DNA from: an uncultured Planctomycetaceae bacterium
Lineage (GTDB): Bacteria; Planctomycetota; Planctomycetia; Planctomycetales; Planctomycetaceae
NCBI GenBank assembly: GCA_963813715.1
Contig: CAWFAK010000005.1
Coordinates: 768,001 to 832,000, forward strand
Reading direction: 5' to 3'
Length of the DNA stretch: 64,000 bases
Shown here: in pieces, positions 55,882 through 64,000 of the stretch
Position numbering within the stretch: position 1 is the first letter of the stretch
Layout: each line of letters opens with the position of its first letter
Made by a program: the position numbers and the translations under genes
The notes under the pieces: model-generated
What the model was told of the DNA's origin: nothing
The model's database searches: none
What the model saw: the letters and a program-made list of their open reading frames with translations, nothing else

Positions 55882-56382
55882 TCACACATGCATCGCGCCG
55901 CAGAGCGGGGCCGGCCAGGGCAGTTTTGAGTGCTCGGCCAAGAGCCGGTCGAAGGCCGCCGTGATATGGGGCGGAAAGGGTGACGATTTGCGAATTTGGA
56001 AGTCGACGTGCGTGCCGATCGCCTCCATCGTGGCGGCCAACGTGCCCGCGTCGTCGTTCGACATGAAATGCAGCATTTGGAATCGTTTGTCCGATCGCGC
56101 GATGGCCCGCGTGCGCACGGTCACCTGCTGCCCCACGCGGACCTCGTGGAAATATCGGACATGCGACTCGAGCGCAAAGGTCGTCGCGTGGCTCTTCTCG
56201 AAATACTCGGCGGTGAGGCCGACCTGGTTCCAGACCTCCATCAGGGCGCACGAAAATAGATGCGTGAACCACATCACGTTCATGTGGTTGTTGGCGTCCA
56301 GGTAATCCTCGGGGATTCGCTGGCGATGGCCGACGGGCAGCATCTCCAGGTCGGCCAGGGTGATCGACTTCCAATTATTCAT
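55882..56382 (-). CDS. Thioesterase family (4HBT-like) protein
   Basis: YLDANNHMNV, FALESHVRYFHEV. Confidence 0.85.
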   Translation of the reverse strand: MNNWKSITLADLEMLPVGHRQRIPEDYLDANNHMNVMWFTHLFSCALMEVWNQVGLTAEYFEKSHATTFALESHVRYFHEVRVGQQVTVRTRAIARSDKRFQMLHFMSNDDAGTLAATMEAIGTHVDFQIRKSSPFPPHITAAFDRLLAEHSKLPWPAPLCGAMHV

Positions 56383-56436
56383 GCGGTTCAAATCGTATAA
56401 TCCGAAGGGCCTCGGGGTGCCTTCCAAATTTCATCA

Positions 56437-56946
56437 ATGGGACAGTCGATGATGCGTCGGAGGAACCGAGCGCTCGTGGCAATAGCGGCGACGGTTGCTG
56501 TTGCTTGGATTGCCTGGTTCTTGCTGCGACGAGGCTTGCACCAAGAAAGGATTCTAACGGACCCAGGACCAATTCTCAGTGTGGAGTGTACGCACAAACC
56601 CGGCAATGCAACGAATGACTACGAGTGGAGCCTGACGCTCGACGCTAACGGGAATGGAGAATTCACAAAATGGCCCAGCCTCTTTAGCAGGCGATCCGTG
56701 CCAATCTCCGTACCACAACAGATTCCCCAACTACAGAAGGCGGTCAACGACTGCCGTCTCTCTCAGCTACCTTCGCAGATCGGCGGCGCCGTCCTTGACA
56801 GCTCGACGGATCGCTTGAGAATCAAGACCACGCATCTCGACAAGACGATCACCATCGGATTTGTGCAGCCCGCTGAGGATAACGACGATGTTCGTTGTGT
56901 TTATCGGCTTTGGACCGCCATTCAGCAGTGCGCACCGAAACTATGA
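56437..56946 (+). CDS. Hypothetical protein with an N-terminal TM anchor
   Basis: 169-aa ORF with basic residues then a hydrophobic helix; TATAAT upstream at ~56396; looks more AT-rich than its neighbours. Confidence 0.55.
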   Translation: MGQSMMRRRNRALVAIAATVAVAWIAWFLLRRGLHQERILTDPGPILSVECTHKPGNATNDYEWSLTLDANGNGEFTKWPSLFSRRSVPISVPQQIPQLQKAVNDCRLSQLPSQIGGAVLDSSTDRLRIKTTHLDKTITIGFVQPAEDNDDVRCVYRLWTAIQQCAPKL

Positions 56947-57044
56947 CGTTCAATGAAGCCGCAGCCATCGTCGCCTCACTGAGCGAGCATGGTCTACAGG
57001 CGCCGAACCAGCGGCCTTAGGAATCACAGCGATCGGGAGGGAGC

Positions 57045-58244
57045 ATGACAGTTGCGCTCGCCTGGTTAGGGATCGCATTGGCCGGGTTTGCCGATCTGCC
57101 GGCGAAGGTCGATCTCAAGCCGCAATTTCAGGACTTCGGGCTGACAGCGCGGCAGCAGGGAAACCGTGACGATTGCTCGCTGTTCGCCGTCACCGGCGTC
57201 GTCGAGTACGAAACGGCCCGGCATCTCTCGAAGAAGGGCGAGCGGCTTTCGGAGGAGTTCTTGATTTGGGCCAGCGACAAGGCTTCCGGGCAAACGGGCG
57301 ATCAGGCCATGTTCTGGAAGGCCGTCGCGGGGCTCAACACCTACGGGGTTTGTTCCGAGGAGCGGATGCCGTACGGACCCAAGACGAGAGCGCAGCGGCG
57401 TCCGTCGCCGCAAGCCGTGGCCGAGGCTCGCGAGCTGGCCGAGCGGTGGCAAGTCGACTGGATCAAACGCTGGTCGGTCGATCGACGGCTCACCGATCGA
57501 CAGTTGGTCGAGATCAAGCAGGCCCTGGCCCACGGGCACCCGGTCGCCTGCGGGCTGCGCTGGCCCAAGGACTTGAAAGGCTTCGGCCTGCTCAATGTGC
57601 CGACGCCCAACCAGGTCTTCGACGGACACAGCATCATGTTCGTCGGCTACGAGGACAGTCCGGGTAAGCCGGGCGGCGGAGCATTCACGTTTCGCAATAG
57701 CGACGGTCCAAACTGGGGACAGCAGGGTTACGGCCTGATCTCCTACGCGTACGCGAAGGCCTACGCCAACGATGCGCTTTGGCTGCGATTGGAGCCGCCC
57801 CGCTCCGAAGTGCCCACGGTGCGTTACGAGGGCGAGTCGATGCGGGTGCTGGCGGCCTCCGGTTGCCAGGCGTCGCCGCAGCGGATGAACGGCTTTAGCC
57901 CGAAGCTGTGGAGCCACGGCGAGCAACTCTTCTGCAACGCCAAAAAGGAGGGCTCCGTGCGATTGGGCTTCGAGGTTCGCAAGCCGGGCCACTACCGCGT
58001 GCGGATGCTGGGCACTGCCGGGCCCGACTTCGGCACAATCGCTGTAGCCCTCGATGGCAGAAACGTGCCGGGCGCGTTCGATCTCTATTGCGGCCAGGTC
58101 GCGCCCGCCGGTGGGCTCGAGTTAGGAACCCACGACCTGGCGGCCGGCTCGCACACTCTGCGAATCACGGCGATCGGCAAGGACTCGACGTCGAAGGGTT
58201 TCTCGTTTGGCGTCGACGCGCTCGACCTCATCGCGGCGCGGTGA
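57045..58244 (+). CDS. Papain-like C1 cysteine peptidase with a C-terminal beta-sandwich domain
   Basis: GGGAGG RBS; VDLKP, QQGNRDDCSLFA, LSEEFL, GHSIMFVGY, FRNSDGPNWGQQGY. Confidence 0.85.
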   Translation: MTVALAWLGIALAGFADLPAKVDLKPQFQDFGLTARQQGNRDDCSLFAVTGVVEYETARHLSKKGERLSEEFLIWASDKASGQTGDQAMFWKAVAGLNTYGVCSEERMPYGPKTRAQRRPSPQAVAEARELAERWQVDWIKRWSVDRRLTDRQLVEIKQALAHGHPVACGLRWPKDLKGFGLLNVPTPNQVFDGHSIMFVGYEDSPGKPGGGAFTFRNSDGPNWGQQGYGLISYAYAKAYANDALWLRLEPPRSEVPTVRYEGESMRVLAASGCQASPQRMNGFSPKLWSHGEQLFCNAKKEGSVRLGFEVRKPGHYRVRMLGTAGPDFGTIAVALDGRNVPGAFDLYCGQVAPAGGLELGTHDLAAGSHTLRITAIGKDSTSKGFSFGVDALDLIAAR

Positions 58245-58250
58245 GCATTG

Positions 58251-58391
58251 GTAGGGTGTGATAAGGCCCGGGCCAGGCCGCAGGCACACCGTCTCTATTG
58301 AATGTGACACGTGTCCTGGCCGCTGAAGATGGTGTGCCGGCGTCCGCTTTGGCGGACTTGTCACACCCTATGCGGACTTGTCGCACCGTAC
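58251..58391. repeat. GTAG-type REP / REPIN element with a tandem-duplicated right end
   Basis: gtagggtgtgataag (58251-58265) pairs with cttgtcacaccctat (58357-58371). Inner pair ggcacaccgtct / agatggtgtgcc. A 20-bp degenerate tandem copy follows at 58372-58391. Confidence 0.78.
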
Positions 58392-58405
58392 GAAGGCGCC
58401 CCGCG

Positions 58406-58783
58406 TTAGCCGTGCACGATGGGCAGGCCGGCGTTTTTCCAGCCGCTGAAGCCGCCGTCCATCGAGATCACGTTGGTGTAGCCCATGTCCTGCAGGTTTT
58501 TCGCCGCCAATGCCGAGCGAAATCCACCGCCGCAATAGAGCACCAGTGGCGCGGATGTGTCCGGGATGGTCTTCTCGACGTCGCGCTCGATGACTCCTTT
58601 GCCCAAGTGAATGGCGCCCGGCAGGTGGCCGGCGGCCCACTCGCTGTCTTCGCGCACGTCGACGAGTTGAAACGCCTCTCTGCGGTCCAGTCGGCTCTTC
58701 ACGTCGGCGACCGTGCATTCTTTGACGTGTTGCTTGGCCTCGTTGACGATCTTGAGAAAGCCGGGGGGGTGTTGTTTACCCAT
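58406..58783 (-). CDS. Rhodanese-like sulfurtransferase
   Basis: DVREDSEW, GHLPGA, LYCGGGFRS, MDGG. Confidence 0.93.
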   Translation of the reverse strand: MGKQHPPGFLKIVNEAKQHVKECTVADVKSRLDRREAFQLVDVREDSEWAAGHLPGAIHLGKGVIERDVEKTIPDTSAPLVLYCGGGFRSALAAKNLQDMGYTNVISMDGGFSGWKNAGLPIVHG

Positions 58784-58847
58784 TGTGGTCCTCCGGCTTG
58801 AATCTTATGCGGGCCGCCGATCGAGAGAAATCAAGGGGCCCGCGAAA

Positions 58848-59657
58848 TTAAGGGGACAGCGAAATCAAGAAGCGATTGATGGCCCCGTTGACCGCGTCGG
58901 GATTCTCCAACGGCGCGAGATGTCCCGCATTGGGAATCTGCACGAACTGAGCGTGCGGGATGGCGACCGTCATCTGCTGCATTTCCGCGGGGGGCGTTAC
59001 CTGGTCGTCCTGCCCGCAGATGACGAGCGTCGGCACGTCGATTTGGCCGAGAATCTCGCTGCAGTCGGGCCGCTCGGCCATGCCGCGTAGCGCGGCGGCG
59101 ATGCCGGCCGGCTTGTTGCGCACGATCTGGGAGCGAACGTTGGCGACCAGATCGGGCCAGCGCTCAGTCGTTTTGGCTGACATCAGTTTGGGGAGCAAGG
59201 TTTCGGCGGCGGAGGCGCCTTGCGTCATTACGGTCTCGGCCAGCTTGTGCCGCCCGGCGGCGGCGTCGGGCGTGTCGGCAGTCGCCCGCGTGTCGCAAAG
59301 GATTAGGGCGGCCAGTTGGGCCCGGTATTTGCGAAAGAATTGCCAGGCGATGTAGCCCCCCATCGACAGGCCGCAGTAGACGACCGGGCGATCTACCATC
59401 GCCGCGTGCAGGATGCCGTGCAGGTCGTCGGCCATGTCTTCCATGGTGACGGTGCCGGCCGTTACGGTGCTCTCGCCGAACCCGCGGAGGTCGGGCACGA
59501 TCACGCGATTCTTCTTGGTGAAGGCGTCGATCTGCGGCTGCCACATCGAGTGATTGAGAGGGAAGCCGTGCACGAACAGCAGCGGCAATCCCTTGCCTTG
59601 TGCGTAGACATTCAACGTCCCGTTAGTAACCGCGACATGCTGCATGGAAATCCTCAT
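58848..59657 (-). CDS. Alpha/beta hydrolase (PcaD-like)
   Basis: HGFP, DLRGFG, GLSMGG, GQDDQVTP, AGHL. Confidence 0.92.
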   Translation of the reverse strand: MRISMQHVAVTNGTLNVYAQGKGLPLLFVHGFPLNHSMWQPQIDAFTKKNRVIVPDLRGFGESTVTAGTVTMEDMADDLHGILHAAMVDRPVVYCGLSMGGYIAWQFFRKYRAQLAALILCDTRATADTPDAAAGRHKLAETVMTQGASAAETLLPKLMSAKTTERWPDLVANVRSQIVRNKPAGIAAALRGMAERPDCSEILGQIDVPTLVICGQDDQVTPPAEMQQMTVAIPHAQFVQIPNAGHLAPLENPDAVNGAINRFLISLSP

Positions 59658-59797
59658 TCCGAGCGCGGTCGTGACGTGCGGCGAAGGGCCCGATTCGTCT
59701 TCGCCTGAGCCTGCGATATGATAGCGACGCCCTCAGATCGGTGCCCGCGTGAATTTTCTTTCTGCCAAATGTTTAACTTCTGTGAAATGATCAACTG

Positions 59798-61035
59798 ATG
59801 GATACGTTGCTCGATCGATTTCTCCGCTACGCACGGATCGATACGCAGGCGGTCGAAGGCGCGAGTGGTTACCCCAGCTCGGCCAAACAGCTCGAGCTGT
59901 CCAAGCTGCTCGGGCGCGAGTGTCGCGAAATCGGCCTCGCCGATGTGACGCTGACCGAATTCGGCATCGTGACGGGGACGGTGCCCGCCTCGGCCGGTTG
60001 CCAGGTCGCCGGGCATCGCCTGGTTCGCGCACGTCGATACGTCGCCCGAGTTCACGGCCGAAAACGTGCGACCTGTCGTGCATGCCAACTACGACGGGCG
60101 CGATCTCGTGCTGCCGGGCGACACGCGGCGTGTGCTGCGCACTTCGGAGAATCCCGCCCTCACCAAGCTGGTCGGCCGCACCATCATCACCACGGACGGC
60201 ACGACACTCCTGGGCGCGGACGACAAGTCGGGAATCGCCGTGATCATGACGGCGGCCGTCCATCTGCTGAATCATCCGGAAATCGTCCACGGGCCAATCC
60301 GCGTTTGCTTCACCTGTGACGAAGAAGTTGGACACGGCGTCGACCACGTCGATCTCGAAAATCTGGGCGTCGTCTGCGGCTACACGCTCGACAGCGAGGG
60401 CTCCGGCCGCATCGACAGCGAAACCTTTTCAGCCGACTTGGCCGTGGTCAAAGTGACCGGCATCAATACGCATCCGTCGGTCGGCAAAGGGGCGATGGTC
60501 AACGCGGTGCGAATCTTGAGCGAGTTCATCAGTCGCCTCCCGACCGACCGGTTGAGTCCGGAGACCACCGACGGCCGCGATGGATTCTTGCATCCCTACC
60601 AGATTACCGGGGGCGTCGAGTCGGCTTCGGCGCGGATCATTCTCCGCGACTTCGAGACGCCGACGCTCGCCGAGCACGCCAAGTTGTTGGAGCGGATTGC
60701 CGTCGAGCTGCGACAGAAACACCCGCGGGCGCGGATCGAGATCGAAATTCACAAGCAATATCGCAACATGCGCGAGGGGTTGGACAAGGAACCCCGCGCG
60801 CTGGCCAAGGCGATCGAAGCGGTGCGGGCCGCCGGACTCGATCCGCGACCTTTCGCAGATTCGCGGCGGCACGGATGGATCGGTGCTCACCGAACGAGGC
60901 CTGCCGACGCCCAACCTCTCCTCGGGCCAGCACAATCCGCACTGCCCGCTCGAGTGGACGTGTCTGGAAGAGATGCAGCAGGCCGTCGACATTTTGACCG
61001 AGTTGGCCAAGGCCTGGGGCCGGGAAAAGGGCTGA
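59798..61035 (+). CDS. pepT: Peptidase T; frameshifts ~60000 and ~60850
   Basis: RFLRYARIDT, AHVDTS, LLGADDKSG, TCDEEVG, IRGGTDG, HNPHCPLEW. Confidence 0.92.
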
Positions 61036-61118
61036 CGCGCGGCAGACGGACGAGCGCTGCTCTGCGTCGCTGCCGACCGCATCGCGCAGGTCTTCGTCAG
61101 CCGCGGAGTGGAACCGGC

Positions 61119-62447
61119 CTAAGCCGTCGGCACTTTTCGCAGCGCCCGGGCCGTGCCGTTGCGGCTGACGAAAACCGTCTGCTCGCGGTCCGGGCCGACG
61201 GAGACGATTTCGACCGGGGCGCCGACGAGGTCGGCCACCGCTTCGATGTAGCGTTTGGCGGCCGGCGGAAAGTCTTCGTAGTGCCGCACCTGCGAGATGT
61301 CGCACATCCAGCCGGGCAGCGAGCGGTAGACGGGGATCGCCCGCGCGAGATCTTCGGCATGGCTCGGAAAGTCGCTGGTCCGTTTGCCGTCGATTTCATA
61401 GGCGTCGCAGATCTTGAGTTCTTCGAGGCCGCTGAGAACGTCCAAGAGCGCAATCGCGATGCAGTCGACGCCGCTCAAGCGTGCGCCGTACCCCGCGGCG
61501 ACACCGTCGAACCAGCCGCAGCGACGTGGACGTCGAGTCACCGTTCCGTACTCGTTCCCGACCTCGCGGATGTAATCGCCGGTGGCATCGTGGAGTTCGG
61601 TGACGAACGGGCCGCCCCCCACGCGCGAGCTGTAGGCTTTGACGACGCCGATCATCTTGCTGATGGCCCGCTCTGAAACGCCGCTGCCGTTGTGGACGCC
61701 GCAGCCCGAGCTGTTGGAGCTGGTGACGAACGGGAACGTTCCGTGGTCGAGGTCCAGCAGGCTTCCCTGGGCGCCCTCGAACAGGATCCGCTTGCCTTCG
61801 CGAATCGCGCGGTGCAGGTAAGTGGTGGTGTCGGTGACGTAGGGCCGCAGCCGATCCGCGTAGGCGGAGTATTCCTGGTAAATGGCGGCGGCGTCGAGCG
61901 GTTTGAACTCGGGATCGAGCGCGGTCAGGATCGTGTTCTTTTGCGCGACGATGTCGGTCAGCCGTCCGCGGAGGAACTCGGGGCGGCACAAATCACCCAC
62001 GCGTATGGCCTGTGATCGGCCCGCCTTGTCGCGATAGCAGGTGCCGATGCCCCGCATCGTGGTGCCGATGGGATCTTTGCTGCGGCTCTTCTCCAACACG
62101 GCTTCTTCGAGAACGTGATAAGGGAAGATCACGTGGGCCCGGTCGCTGATTAGCAGGCTGCCGGGAACCAACGGGCCGCGGCGGGCCGTGATCGCGTCGA
62201 GCTCGCTCAGAAAGGCCTTGGGATCGAGGACGATTCCAGTGGCGATCACCGACACGACTTTGGGATGCAGGATGCCCGCCGGCAAGAGCGACAGCTTGTA
62301 CGTGTCGCCGTTGAAGACGACCGTATGTCCGGCGTTGTTGCCTCCCTGATAGCGAACGACGATATCGTGCTCGTCGGTCAGCAGGTCGACAATTTTCCCT
62401 TTGGCTTCGTCACCCCACTGCAGACCGACCACCGAAGTAGCGGACAC
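61119..62447 (-). CDS. purA: Adenylosuccinate synthetase
   Basis: [51 protein letters not shown]. Confidence 0.97.
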   Translation of the reverse strand: MSATSVVGLQWGDEAKGKIVDLLTDEHDIVVRYQGGNNAGHTVVFNGDTYKLSLLPAGILHPKVVSVIATGIVLDPKAFLSELDAITARRGPLVPGSLLISDRAHVIFPYHVLEEAVLEKSRSKDPIGTTMRGIGTCYRDKAGRSQAIRVGDLCRPEFLRGRLTDIVAQKNTILTALDPEFKPLDAAAIYQEYSAYADRLRPYVTDTTTYLHRAIREGKRILFEGAQGSLLDLDHGTFPFVTSSNSSGCGVHNGSGVSERAISKMIGVVKAYSSRVGGGPFVTELHDATGDYIREVGNEYGTVTRRPRRCGWFDGVAAGYGARLSGVDCIAIALLDVLSGLEELKICDAYEIDGKRTSDFPSHAEDLARAIPVYRSLPGWMCDISQVRHYEDFPPAAKRYIEAVADLVGAPVEIVSVGPDREQTVFVSRNGTARALRKVPTA

Positions 62448-62843
62448 GAAATTGCCTCGTCTGTTTTCCAATGGACGCCCGAAGAGGAACGGCCCGCCGG
62501 TCTTTCGGCTCGTGACAGCTGGTGAAAAGACCTGGCGCTTTGGCTCGGAACCCGTTTCGGAATAAGAACACGCGTCGCAGCGGCCGCGCGCGAACCCGAC
62601 CAGTCTACATCATTTATCGGCCTTCCGGGAGCCGCGGAAGCGTGATCGTCGGGCAACCGACCACCCTTCGCGCGCGAAGGGTGGGCCCGGCAACCGGCGG
62701 AATGAGCCATTGCAGCCCGATTTCCTTCAAGCGTCCGCCCCTGGCAGGCGTATAGAATCTAAGAAGAAACACTGTGAAACCTCTGACCGTCGGCTTCCGC
62801 CTCCCCTCCGGATTCCGAAGTCTGGAAGGCTTGAGTGCGAGCG

Positions 62844-63218
62844 ATGTCGACCGTCAAGAAGCGAGTGTTGGTAGTCGACGACGACCCCGAGCTGGTCGCG
62901 AGCGTGCGGGCCGCCCTGCTGACGCGAGGCTACGACGTGTCGGTGGCCGGGGACGGGGCCGAGGCGCTGGCTCAGATCGAACGCACCCGCCCCGACCTGA
63001 TGCTGCTCGACCTGGTGATGCCCCGCCGCAGCGGGATCAACGTGCTTGATCGCATGGTCCGCGGCGCGATCCGGGCCACTCCCGTGATCATGATGACGGC
63101 CACCGACGAATTAAAGCACCGCGAATGCGCGGCCCTCCGTGGCGTCTCGGTCTTCCTGTCGAAGCCCTTCCCGATCGAAGACCTGCTCGCCGAAGTCGAC
63201 ACGATGCTGGGGGCCTGA
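62844..63218 (+). CDS. Single-domain response regulator
   Basis: VLVVDDD, LLDLVMP, MMTA, KPF. Confidence 0.92.
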   Translation: MSTVKKRVLVVDDDPELVASVRAALLTRGYDVSVAGDGAEALAQIERTRPDLMLLDLVMPRRSGINVLDRMVRGAIRATPVIMMTATDELKHRECAALRGVSVFLSKPFPIEDLLAEVDTMLGA

Positions 63219-63232
63219 GGCGCGTAGCACGC

Positions 63233-63862
63233 TTACTTGGTCGGTTTACGTCGCCGGGTGCGCTCATAGCGAATCATGCAGCCGCTGGCCTGGGTTTCGG
63301 CCGGGCTCGCTTTCGCGCCGGTGAGGACCGCTTCGACGGCCGGCTCGACGTAGGCGTGCTTCATCTTTGTCGGCTCGACGTTGTCGTCGAAGGCGCCCAT
63401 GTAGGCCACCTTGCGGTCCTTGTCGAGCACGAAGAATTCGGGCGTGAAGGCCGCTCCGTAGGCCTTGCCGATTTTCTGGCTTTGATCGAACAGGTAGGGA
63501 TAGGGAAAGGCCTTGGCGGCCGCCCGTTCCTTCATGTGCGGCAGTTGGTCCTCTTCCACCGTGTTGCAGTTGATTGCCACCAGCCCCGCCTTTTGCCCCG
63601 GTCCGCAATACTTTTTGGCGAAGGCGATCATGCGGTCTTCGTAATCGCTGGCGATGGGACAGCTGTTGCAGGTGAAGACGACGACCAGCACCTGGCGATC
63701 CTGCAGATCGGCCATCGAGTGCTTCTTGCCGTCGACGCCCGGCAGATCGCGCCAGGCGGGGGCCGGGTCGCCGATGCTCAGGATCGAGTTGTATTGGCCG
63801 GCCTGTGCGACCGCGGCGCACATCCAAGAGAGGGCAGCCAGCGCGAGTGTCCAGCGATTCAT
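63233..63862 (-). CDS. Secreted thioredoxin-like / AhpC-TSA family protein
   Basis: Signal peptide, FTCNSCP, YPYLFD, TPEFFV, YMGAFDD, GCMI. Confidence 0.9.
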   Translation of the reverse strand: MNRWTLALAALSWMCAAVAQAGQYNSILSIGDPAPAWRDLPGVDGKKHSMADLQDRQVLVVVFTCNSCPIASDYEDRMIAFAKKYCGPGQKAGLVAINCNTVEEDQLPHMKERAAAKAFPYPYLFDQSQKIGKAYGAAFTPEFFVLDKDRKVAYMGAFDDNVEPTKMKHAYVEPAVEAVLTGAKASPAETQASGCMIRYERTRRRKPTK

Positions 63863-64000
63863 GAGGGGTGTCTTTCAGCTCAGGTTGGGGCCGCCGACGG
63901 GCTCAATCGCCCACCGCAGCCCTTGGCAAACCACGATAGTTGCGGCCGCCAAACCGCGTCAAACGAGCTCCCTTTTCTGCGCAAAGGCCGGCAGGGAAAG

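Overview
GC-rich bacterial chromosomal window, almost certainly from a planctomycete: it carries a DUF1549/DUF1553 cytochrome-c protein next to DUF1501, an H-X9-DG DUF1559 protein and a DUF1080 protein. About 45 genes are recognisable. Roughly 30 single-base frameshifts split otherwise intact genes, including pepA and pepT, and are best read as uncorrected long-read indels. Housekeeping genes: pepA, argG, purA, pepT, uppP, cutA, SRAP, a cyclophilin, ferredoxins and aldolases. Two multi-gene systems stand out. (1) A ~19 kb minus-strand operon (55684->36703), with overlapping start/stop codons at several junctions: MoxR AAA+, DUF58, BatA/vWA, vWA, three large uncharacterised envelope proteins, an NPCBM protein, and three tandem HtrA/trypsin-fold PDZ proteins of which only the first keeps its catalytic triad. 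Its promoter has MerR-like geometry. (2) A five-gene module (34143->29414): ACP, AAC(3)-like acyltransferase, DUF4910, FkbH and VOC. It resembles the Campylobacter glyceroyl-pseudaminic-acid genes, but no sugar-pathway genes are adjacent. Several REP/REPIN-like palindromic elements lie between genes. No rRNA, tRNA, CRISPR array or transposase was found. All family calls are by motif recognition, not database search.
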